Both the position numbers and the translations under genes were made by a program. A DNA stretch of 64,000 nucleotides from Dudresnaya verticillata (Eukaryota), in NCBI GenBank assembly GCA_977862235.1, contig OZ374565.1, forward strand, positions 806,001-870,000, written 5' to 3'. Positions 11,255-20,664 of the stretch are shown one piece after another. The notes beneath the pieces are model-generated. The model did not search any database. It saw only the letters and a program-made list of their open reading frames with translations, and had not been told where the DNA came from. How positions within the stretch are numbered: position 1 is the stretch's first letter; each line of letters starts with the position of its first letter.

Positions 11255-12178
11255 ATGTCTCTCTTCAGCGTGCTCTGCACGCTCTCCCTTGTGTTGCTTC
11301 TCTCGCTCTCCGACGCGCAGAAGAATGCTTGCGACCGTGCCCAAGTCTGCTCGTTCCGTATGTGCCAAACCAAGGACCTAGTCGAGTCCACGATCGGCCG
11401 TCGTCTTCAAATAAGGCCAGGCGGGCAGGTCCCGCTCGGGCCACTTATCTGCCGGCGCGGTGGAGACCGCACAATGGGCTTTGTGACAAAGGCAGGCGAG
11501 GCGCAGGTGGAGACCGGCTCGGGCGACGTGCGCCTGTCAACCTGGGATGGCGGCGACGGAGGTCTCAGCCCTCGCTTCTCGAAGAAGTTCTTCAAGACGG
11601 GTCGAGTGCGCCCGCTCTTCAAGAGCGCGTTCGTCAACGGACAGGTGCGTGGGAACCAGTTGGACTACCTTGAGAAGAAGTGCTTCAAGCTCCCCATACG
11701 TGAGTTCCAAGTCATAAGCGGGCGGACTGGCAAGGTTAAGAGGCTAGCGAAGACATCTGGAGGGCCATCTGATTGCGTGTCGTTCGGGATTATTACGACA
11801 AAGCTGCTTGTTGAACTCTCGTGGACAGGAAGGGATGACCTAGACCTGGAGGTCATTGAGCCCGACGGCTCGAAGCTTAACAAGTTTAACAAGAAGAGCC
11901 CTTCTGGTGGGGCACTCAATGTTGATGGCGGGCCGGAAAAGTGCTTCGCGAAGGGCAATGTCGTTGGCAAGGAGCTTGCGAAGTATAAAGTGACATCTAA
12001 TGCGCAGACCGGGCAGTATAGAGTCAAGGTCACCATTTTTGATAATTGCAATGAGAAGGCAAGCAAGTTCACAGTACGGGTTAGTTCCAATGGGGTGCTC
12101 ATCAAGCAGGTTCTCGGACGTGCCGTCGGTGACTTTTCGGATGAGATTGCAGACTTTACCTTCAACTTGAAAGAGTAG
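11255..12178 (+). CDS. Secreted Cys-rich protein with YfaP/DUF2135-like domain, paralogue 3
   Basis: 307 aa; signal peptide MSLFSVLCTLSLVLLLSLSDA; CDRAQVCSFRMC, GPLIC, GNQ, CFKLPI, DCVSF, VELSWTGRDDLDLEVIEPDG. Confidence 0.92.
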   Translation: MSLFSVLCTLSLVLLLSLSDAQKNACDRAQVCSFRMCQTKDLVESTIGRRLQIRPGGQVPLGPLICRRGGDRTMGFVTKAGEAQVETGSGDVRLSTWDGGDGGLSPRFSKKFFKTGRVRPLFKSAFVNGQVRGNQLDYLEKKCFKLPIREFQVISGRTGKVKRLAKTSGGPSDCVSFGIITTKLLVELSWTGRDDLDLEVIEPDGSKLNKFNKKSPSGGALNVDGGPEKCFAKGNVVGKELAKYKVTSNAQTGQYRVKVTIFDNCNEKASKFTVRVSSNGVLIKQVLGRAVGDFSDEIADFTFNLKE

Positions 12179-14148
12179 TTTCTCGGAAATAGTAAACGAC
12201 TCACTAGACTCTCTGTTTTGCGCTTGCAGACCCCTCAAGAGCACCTTGGGCTTTTTCGGTTTGGGGAGCTTCAGCATCACCCGAGCTGCCCTTCTGAAAC
12301 GTTGCTTGGAAAATCTTGAGATTTTGACAGCTCACGTGTCTGTCTGTCTGTCGCATTCTCCGTCTCGAGCTGCGCCTGATTGGCTATTATAGATCTGAAC
12401 TCCACATTCTGCTACCCAATCATGAATGGCTAACATTGACGACTGTCCAGTTCACCTTGTCCACTTGGCATCGCGCCGCTGCTCGTTTTCCTCACACTGC
12501 CCGTTCCGCACGATGCTGTTTAGGGAAGCGGGGTGGTGGGAGGCTTTCAAGGGCAAGATATTGCAGCGCCGTCCTTCAAGCAGTCCGACTTGCACTCGAG
12601 GCGCTTCCTGATCGCTTCAGAATCCGTGCTTCCATTAAGAAGGAGAGGGCTGATTTCTGGAAACGGTTCACGCACAGTTTATCCGACTACTCTGCTAGCA
12701 GAATATGCATCAACTAGCGAAACTAAATATCTTTCCAAGCCTGCCGATCGGTCGTTAAGTTCATTTGTGCCTAACGGAATTCGGTCAAGTAGCCCATCTT
12801 CACATTACTGGTCTCGGGAACCATGAACAGAATTTGTGGACCACTCCGCCTTTACATATGCTCGAGTGTACAGCCTGCAGTTCGTTCTTGAAGCTCTTCA
12901 TCCAAGAAGAGAGTAATTCTTAAAACTCGCAAACGTGGAACTGGCACAGCTCATCGATGTCGTACGATCACTTCTGGTCTATTGATGCGGAGGAACAAGA
13001 AAAAGAAGGCTACAGTACTGAGACAAGTGCCGTGTTAGTTGCCACATCGTTCACCTTGGTCCACTTCATGGTCCACTTCATGGTCACCTGGCAGGGAAAC
13101 TGCGAAAGAACCCTGCATATGTCCAAGAGCAAAAGCAAGGGCCGTCGCCAGTACGGATCTATCCCAGAATATCTTCCCAAGAAAATCCAAGTCAGAACGA
13201 GACAAGTTATTTACATTGCGAGCATTGCGTGGCTGAAGTGAAAGAAATGGAGCCTCCTAAGAATTGATCTCCGGAACATGTCATATCACGTATACAGGCA
13301 TAGATGTACACGTGCAGGCACGTCGTCAGACTAGGACAGGTGGACTATGGCTATGTTGCTACGAGGACGCGTTTGAAGGCCAAGCATCAGGTTTCGTCAT
13401 TCTTGATGAGAGTTCCGCGCTGTGCTTAGTTGTTGAATGTTTGGTGTATAGCTGCCTTGAATGAGTTCCAATGATGTAAAGGATTGGCCAGAATCGTTTG
13501 ATTGCTGTTTTGAAGATGAGGGTCAACTCCCGGTATTCAGGGTTTCACCGAGAGCAGCAAGGCCTGTGCAATCGGCGTAGCTGAGGCTGCGCCTTGTCGT
13601 CACCGTCCTCTCTCGCGGTCACAATGGAGAAGAGATCAGGATCCAGTATGCAATACGGCCGCCCGACTCCCTTTCGACAGGAACAGCACGAGCAAGGTCG
13701 ACGCTGCGGAGAGAAGCCACGGGTGCTTAATGGGGCGGAGAAAGCCCTCCACATCTGGTCGCGCAGCGTGCATCGAAATTGGGCGGCGGCGCAGCTTGAC
13801 ATTTTGTCGACCCCTAGCGCAAAGGCCGTGCTGCCCAGTCAAAAGCGCGCAACAAGCGTCCATGTGACAGCTGACTGTGGACAGGACTGCCACGTGCGAA
13901 TGCTATGGAGGATCAACCTGAGCCGCCATGAGCCCGACGGAGTGTTCCAAATCCCGCAGGAACGACCGCTCGGCGTCAAAAAGCCGGGAGCAGCAGCAGC
14001 TTTGCCGCAACGCAGTGACACGAGCTAGCTAGGAAAGCTGGGAGGTGTAGGAAACGCCGACGAGGTGGTCCATAAAACCGTGGGCTCTCTCAGCTCAGCT
14101 CGTCCCTACCCTCCCGACCATCAACGCCAAACCTCCGTCCCAAGAAGG

Positions 14149-15021
14149 ATGCAAGTCGCCTTTCTACTCTCCTTACTGCTCCTCTGGCACCTAGCTCCGC
14201 AGTTCACCTCAGCAACATGCGGCCGAACCTGCGCCTTCCGTCTTTGCAAGTCGGAGGGAGGGCTAACCCCGCGTGGCAGCACGCTTTTGCAGCGGCCACC
14301 CTTTGTGACCGGCTTCGGCCCAGTAGTCTGCCGTCGTTCTGTCCAACTCGGCTTCGTGCTGCGCACGGGCGAGGCCCGTGTCGAGCTTCCATCCGGCGTA
14401 ACCGTCCCCATCTCGTCGCTGCGTCAGTCCACGCCACGTTTCCCGCCAAACTTCTTCTCCACGCGTCGCATTCGCCCGTTAGCCCTCTCCGCCATCGTCA
14501 AAACCCGCAGCCGCGGAAACCAGGAGGGACTTATCGATGGGCTGTGCGTGCGCCTGCCCATTCTGCGCTACCAGGTCCGCGACGGACGTTCTGTGCGCCG
14601 CGTGCGTACGAGGGGTGGCGAGCGTGACTGTGTGGCGTTTGTTGCGCGCACTGCACGTATGCTCGTCGAGCTACAGTGGACGTCAAGGGATGACCTCAAC
14701 CTCGTGGTGACCCAGCCGGATGGGCAGGTGCTGTCAAAGGGGAGCAGGAGGTCGTCTAACGGCGGAACTCTTGGACCCGACTCGAATGTTGGATGCACTG
14801 ACGAGAATGAGATTGGCCGTGAGGCGGTTAGGTACTTTCAGGACGATGCTGTGCTGGAAGGACGGTATCGCGTGCAGGTAAGACACTTTGAGAACTGTGG
14901 CACGGGGCCAACTAAGTGGGTACTCAGGGTTAGCATGGATGGCGTGCTTGTACGTTCTGTGAGGGGGAGGTCAAATGCGGATGAAGATGCTTTGGTACGG
15001 AATGTGGTGTTTACAGTTTAG
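14149..15021 (+). CDS. Secreted Cys-rich protein with YfaP/DUF2135-like domain, paralogue 4
   Basis: ATG 14149; signal peptide MQVAFLLSLLLLWHLAPQFTSA; CGRTCAFRLC, GPVVC, GNQ, CVRLPI, DCVAF, VELQWTSRDDLNLVVTQPDG. Confidence 0.92.
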   Translation: MQVAFLLSLLLLWHLAPQFTSATCGRTCAFRLCKSEGGLTPRGSTLLQRPPFVTGFGPVVCRRSVQLGFVLRTGEARVELPSGVTVPISSLRQSTPRFPPNFFSTRRIRPLALSAIVKTRSRGNQEGLIDGLCVRLPILRYQVRDGRSVRRVRTRGGERDCVAFVARTARMLVELQWTSRDDLNLVVTQPDGQVLSKGSRRSSNGGTLGPDSNVGCTDENEIGREAVRYFQDDAVLEGRYRVQVRHFENCGTGPTKWVLRVSMDGVLVRSVRGRSNADEDALVRNVVFTV

Positions 15022-15347
15022 AATGAATAAAGGTATGTGAGCGTGTTTAGAATGGGTTTCGGGTAAATTTGACCGTTTGAAAAAAGTGTCCAAGTTTTAC
15101 TTACCCTGGTGAGGCAGGCGACTGTGGCCACGGCGGGTATTTTCCGTGTACGCATGCCCCACCCCGTCAAGGGCCAACTGCAAACTAAACTGCAGTAGTC
15201 CCTTGATTCAAGGAATTGCACGGTGGGAAAGCGGGGATTTCTTATAGCGGGGTATTGGGAGGAATCACCATTCTGCCCAGCACTCTTCTTCTGCTTACCC
15301 GAGGCACAGATGGCTGATGTCTTTATCCTGCTGTAACGGGACTTGGT

Positions 15348-16337
15348 CTAGACCGCTGCGGCATGCGCAGTTTGCCGAGCGCACGCCGAGCTGCCCGACG
15401 TCCGCACCCTCCCCACGCTGGAACGTGCCCAGCGTTCCGCATAAGATAAAATGGCTTGCGAGTAGCTCGGAGAGAGCTGTACCTTGAGTAGCATTCCTTT
15501 TCCCGCTTGTATATAGCCAGTGCAGGACTCGTCGGATGCCCAGCGCCCTTTTTGCTTAACCTCAGCACATGCCTTGTTGGCCAACCAGTCATTGGTGTCT
15601 CCTCCGTGCCTTAATGAGTGCAGCGTGAAACCAAAACCGGACAGTCCAAAGAAAGATAAACTGCGGCTTAAGGCTGAGCTGAACGCAACTGAAGTGAGGA
15701 CCAAAAGCATGATGTCTGCCTTCTCGCCGCGAAACGTGAGCCATGCGCGAAGGAGGCGGAGTAGATGGGCATCCTCCAACGACACGAATTGATTACGGCC
15801 GGTCTTAGCATCGCGAACAACGCAACCAGCACGGCCGGGTGCGGTACCGTCCGCCCGCCGAACATCTCCCGGCAGAGCAATATCGCCGACGCGCAGCGAT
15901 AACAGCTCCAGGGCACGAAAGTAACCGTGATATGTCAGGGAGAAGGCGATAGCGAGGTCTGGCCGAGCATCCTTCGCACACTGTGCGCAGATCGCGTTCA
16001 AAATCTGTTTAGAAAGCGGAGGTGGGGACTTGCTTGGCACCACTCTGTTCCAACCGTCTAAGTCCTGCCGTGACAATTTCAGAGTACGCCGCAAGGAGGC
16101 CCCGAAGAACTCAATACCACAAAGCGTGTTGACCGCGCGTTGTCGGCTGCCTCTGCGGGGATATTTATCAAAACGGAACGTTATATAAGCGACAAGGGCG
16201 CTTTCCAGCTGCTGTGGGTAAAGCGTTGTTGGGACATTACAAAAAAGCCATCTGCAAAAGTCCGTAACAGCTTCTTGGTATGCTCGCACTGTCCTCGGCT
16301 TGAGCGAAGCACTAGCGAGGAGGCCAATCATTCGCAT
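15348..16337 (-). CDS. Tyrosine recombinase of the YR retrotransposon
   Basis: Catalytic set R (GYFRALE), K (AKTG), HxxR (HSLRHGG), W (GRW), Y (GYIQ); ORF open from ATG 16337. Confidence 0.9.
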   Translation of the reverse strand: MRMIGLLASASLKPRTVRAYQEAVTDFCRWLFCNVPTTLYPQQLESALVAYITFRFDKYPRRGSRQRAVNTLCGIEFFGASLRRTLKLSRQDLDGWNRVVPSKSPPPLSKQILNAICAQCAKDARPDLAIAFSLTYHGYFRALELLSLRVGDIALPGDVRRADGTAPGRAGCVVRDAKTGRNQFVSLEDAHLLRLLRAWLTFRGEKADIMLLVLTSVAFSSALSRSLSFFGLSGFGFTLHSLRHGGDTNDWLANKACAEVKQKGRWASDESCTGYIQAGKGMLLKVQLSPSYSQAILSYAERWARSSVGRVRTSGSSACARQTAHAAAV

Positions 16338-16339
16338 TT

Positions 16340-18400
16340 GTTTGCGAAGCACCGAATGCGCGCGACGGGGCGTCGGCGGGGTTACACTCGGAGGGTACCC
16401 ATTAGAGGCAGAGCCGGACATTGGAGAAAACCAAAGCAGCTGCGATGCGATGACAAAGCTTGTTCAGTTTCCGAGAGCTGGAACGGCCTTTTCGAAGCGC
16501 TCCCAGAACGGCGGTGTTGTCAATTAATATCACGACCCTTCGCCCAGATGTGAGGGCAGAGCGGCGCATGTGGCGGACTGCGAGGAGGGCTGCTTCCATC
16601 TCCAAGAGATTGATGTGCTGGCGCCGAATCCGCCAAGCGGTTGCAATGGCTGTTTTGAATGAGACTCCTGCGAGCGTAGAACGGAATGTTTTCGATACTG
16701 TGATCGGCTGCTGCGCAGCGATTGCGTCGTGTATAAAGTTCGCGAGAGCTGATAAGCCCTGCTTGTTCGCGGAGCCGAGAGCTAGATCTGCTGCGAAGCC
16801 GCACGCGTCGTGGTCGGGGGTACTCTGTGCCATGGTATACCAGCCCTTCTTGAATCTGGTTTCTCGGATACCTTCGAAAAAGTTCCGCAGCTCCTCAACG
16901 CCGAGATCAACGTAAGTTACAGCACCCCCTTTCTTGCTCGCATCGGATGCATAGACTCGGGTGCACTCCGGGCCGCGAAGGTCCATGGTCATCAGCGGGA
17001 ACAGATCTAGCATCATCTCCAATTGAAGCTCCTTTCCGGCAGTTAGTGGGCGACGTCTGTTCGGTCGCTGAAGAGCGCATAGGTAGTACACCTCGCTTAG
17101 CGTAGATAGCAGACAGCGGCGAAGCAGACACGCCCATGTCCAGCGTCCCAGCACGGTCTGCATTTCTCGGGGGCTGGAGGCTCGGCGGCTCAAAACGGCC
17201 TCCGTTTAGTCGAGGAGGGCCTGAACCAGGGCTGGTTTCACCATAAGGATCCCTTGCCCCCACGACCACAACCCCAATTCCACGCCGGGGTGCTCCGTAG
17301 ATGCGCGTTGGCGCTTAGCCGTAGCCTCCTTCAGACCCAAGCGTGCCAGCATGCGCTGAATCCGTGCTGACTCCTCGTTCGCAACAGACTCCCTTGTAGC
17401 GACGGTGTTAAAATCATCCAGGTACACAATCTGCAAACCCGGACGTGCATCTAACCTGCTTCTTCCATCAACAGACAGGATGCCTGAACCTAACCCGGAC
17501 CGGCGGACAACTGCGAGTGACGCGGCCTGCGCGAGGCTCACCGCGAAGGAAGCCCCCATTGGGAGACACAGGAGGCAGGGCACTACGTAAGCCGAGCGGA
17601 GGTTAGTCTCGACCAGCGACGTGGAGAGGCGAGGTAACCCCAAAAAGGGGACTAGGAAGGACAGGGCCATCAGACGGTTACAAAACTGCAATATATCGCA
17701 GGAGGAAACGAATAGTTCCTCATCGACTGGTAGGCAGATGTCCCCGAGCAGATCTGGTGCCGGGAGCTCGACCCGGCTGGCTTCAGGACGAAAGAGCTTG
17801 TTAGAGTGACTCCCGCCCCAGATAACCCGTTGACTGACGCCTTTCTCCTTCCAGACCCCAAACAGGGAATTCTCCACGACGTCATCCCCAAGAGTCTTAA
17901 AGCAAATCATACCACTGCGACGCATCCGAGCAAGCCGGGCGGGGTAGTGGCCTCTCTGAACCCCCAAGTTGATGGGCTCCTTTCATAACACCGCCGTTGA
18001 TATTCGCTCGGTCGGAGGGAGTAACAAATGTTCTTCTTTTATCAAGTAAAAGTCCTCCGGGAACAATATGTCTCGGAGGTCAGCAGTTGCAGCACTGAGA
18101 GGCTCGGGCACTGCAGCAAGACGGTGGTCGAGCAAGCAGTAATCGCCCTTTCCCGAGGGGGCAGCCTCCCAGTAGCCTGCGGCTGCTAACTCATCCGTGC
18201 CGAGTTGCGCGGAGAGTGCTTCTGCCGCATGGAGATCCCGAGTCCGCTTTGCAGCAGACTGCAGGAACTCATCGACAGGGCCCCTAGGAGTGTCCCTCCA
18301 TCGGTCTCCCCGTAGCGGGGCCCTTCGAAGTGCCCAGTTTCTAGCCAGCCTAGTGCGTTCCGCAGACGTTCTTCTGTGACTGCTACGCTAGCCCAGTCGC
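16340..18400 (-). pseudogene. RT/RNase H pol of the YR retrotransposon, with in-frame stops
   Basis: LPMGASFA and YLDD (RT); YASDAS, HINLLE, LIDN and WVPSECNPADAPSR (DIRS-type RNase H). ORFs 17206..17967 and 16402..17193 are in one frame, broken by TGA (~17983), TAA (17206) and TAA (16402). Confidence 0.88.
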
Positions 18401-20295
18401 GGCCAGGCAAAGAACCTGAAGGCCCTCGGGTTGTGGGGCTTTTTAGCGTCGCATCTGACGGCGAGTCTGCGACCTCTCGAAGGTCCCGATGCCGAGAAAC
18501 TCCATCTGGGAAATCTCGAATTGTCCACGTGTCGCTCGGTCCCCCCGTCCGAGACCCACTTCTCTACCACAGCTAGATAGCGGACCATCCTCTCCACGGC
18601 AGTTGTGTAGCACGCTGTGCTGGGGTGGAACTCGTCCAAGATTGACGCCAGGGTCAATCCCACCACAAGGACTTGCCTCGACAGATAGCCGTCCGCGTTG
18701 TCCTTCTCGGCTGCTCCGACCCTGCTGGTGAGGTTCTTGACATACGGCTCTATTGAACCGTTCGTCAGCCAGCCCTCGATCTCGAACGGGGCGATACAGT
18801 CCAGCGCCCGGAAGGCCAAGCCGGTGCGGCGCTCTCGCGGCCGCATCTGATGCAGAATCACGGAGGTGAAAATGTCTTTGCAGTCCTTTAGGGAGATCGG
18901 CAGCCCGCGAGCGTGACACACTTGGTCCGTGACTGGTTCTTGTTCTTGAAAAATATCCAAGAAACTCTCCAGCTGGGCCACATTGGAAAACTGTGAACGA
19001 TGCGACTCGTATAGTGCGACAAACGAGGGCCCCCCGTACAGCAGAACGCGTCTGAAACTCTTTGGAGAGTGAAGGTACGCCCGTCTCTGTCTGCGGTTCA
19101 AGTCCCTCATCTCAGCGGGAAACGCGGCCTTCCCGCCACCCAACTCCTCCTCGGAGCCTGAAGACTCCTGTGTTCCTTCGGCTTCCGAGCTGCTCGAGCT
19201 CATACTGCCGCTGCCAGCATCTCCGTGCCGGGCACCTTTACGGCTCACATCAATGAGGAAAGACGGGGCTTGTTGCGCCGCAGGAGAACCAGCGACGCGC
19301 CGTTTCCCTTTCATGCTCTCCTTGCGCTTGTCAACGCTACCTTTTCCTCCCGACTGCCCCGCGGTAACAGGAGCGGGAAGGCCCCCGCCCACGTCGGCGT
19401 TTTGCCAGGCACGCGTTCCGGCCTTCTCAGTCGGGCTGCCAGGCTCTGGCTGCAATCGCAGGCCAGTCGGGCGACCTGCTGCAGGCAAAAACGCTGACGG
19501 CAGTGTGACATCAGGGGCGGCGACCGCGGTTTTCAACAGCGAAAGGATCAAGGCGCGGCACTTTGTAGCTTTCGGCGAAAACGGGCCTTCAGCATCAGCC
19601 ACAAACCCAGTGAGCTTCCCCGCCTCATCTGCATCTAGATCACGTATTAGAGCGGCACTCCAGTGTTCCTTGAAGGCAACGAGGATCTCATTCTTTGCGT
19701 GGCCGACAAGGCGACCCATGAAGCCTTCAACACTCGATGGGGTTGTAGAAAGCTCCCAGAGCTGGACCAAGTGCTTCACAACTGTTTTAGCAGCAACAAG
19801 GTAAGCGAACTTGCGTTCGCTGTTATCCGGATCCCATGTCACTCCGAGTTGATCCAAAGCCTTACCGATTACGATGGACGACGCGTGCGGCTCCTCCTTC
19901 AGGAACAGGGGTTCTAGCGCCGCCTCAACGCTCAGCCGACCTGCGTCCACAGACTCGGAGGCCTCCCATACACGATGCACATCGGCGACGATCTTATCCG
20001 CGGTGCGTCTCCCGGGTGTCACCTCGACGTAGCAAGCACGCAGGAACTCCCTGTAGGCCACATGCTCTTCCTCGATAGACGGCCAGCTCTTTTGCTTGTA
20101 TCCAGCCTCAGTCGAGCCGACCTCAATCTCCTTGGCGATCTGATGCAGTTCCTTCTCCGCGGCCCCTTCAATATAAACCTGGATCAAGTTTCTCCAGGAC
20201 AGCGATCTGAAGAAGGAGATGAGCTCTTAGCCTTTCAGTGTCACGAGCTTCTGACCCGCGTCAGGCACCACCAACAAAACGGCTGGGTCAGCCAT
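18388..20295 (-). pseudogene. gag-like ORF1 of the YR retrotransposon
   Basis: 599-aa open stretch; in-frame ATG at 20295 is separated from it by one TAA (20227-20229); lies upstream of pol. Confidence 0.65.
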
Positions 20296-20486
20296 TGCAA
20301 TCACGCAAGAGAAGAAGGATGCAACCAGAAGAAACGCGGACTCTTTGTGTGAACACCGAACCAGGAAAACTCCGAGCTGCCGGGGTCAACCGTGCGACGC
20401 TTACGGGGAGGACCTCCTAAAGAGCTCAGCACTGAGTCACCCGCTAACGCGCTCGTTCTCCGCCAAAACTGTTTGACCCCGGGCCT

Positions 20487-20574
20487 GTCCCTGACCCTTC
20501 CGCCCCCAAAGCGATATTTACAGCGCCAGGCGTCCCTGACCCTTCCGCTCTACGCGATATCCCCAGCACCAGGC
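20487..20574. repeat. Two ~44-bp tandem copies at the 5' end of the YR element
   Basis: GTCCCTGACCCTTCCGC...GCGATAT...CAGC(G/A)CCAGGC x2. Confidence 0.8.
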
Positions 20575-20664
20575 TCAGCAGAACTCTGGGATTTTTCGAA
20601 TGAACCGTGCTGCAGAAACACCTTCTGTCGAGACACCATTATTTTCTGAAATATGACTCAATAC

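Larger units (their letters stand above)
15220..20600 (-). mobile_element. Tyrosine-recombinase (DIRS-order) retrotransposon, decayed; ends approximate
   Basis: Minus-strand order gag-like ORF, RT, RNase H, tyrosine recombinase; no DDE integrase or protease seen. Confidence 0.88.

Noticed and set aside
15348..16421. Phage integrase or integron
   Set aside because: Directly linked to a DIRS-type RT/RNase H and a gag-like ORF, so it is a retrotransposon YR.
17206..17967. Retron, DGR or group II intron RT
   Set aside because: In frame with RNase H and followed by a YR; no msr-msd, template repeat or intron features seen.
16402..20229. Alternative genetic code explaining the in-frame stops
   Set aside because: All three stop types interrupt the elements, frameshifts also occur, and the host genes end in normal stops; this is ordinary decay.
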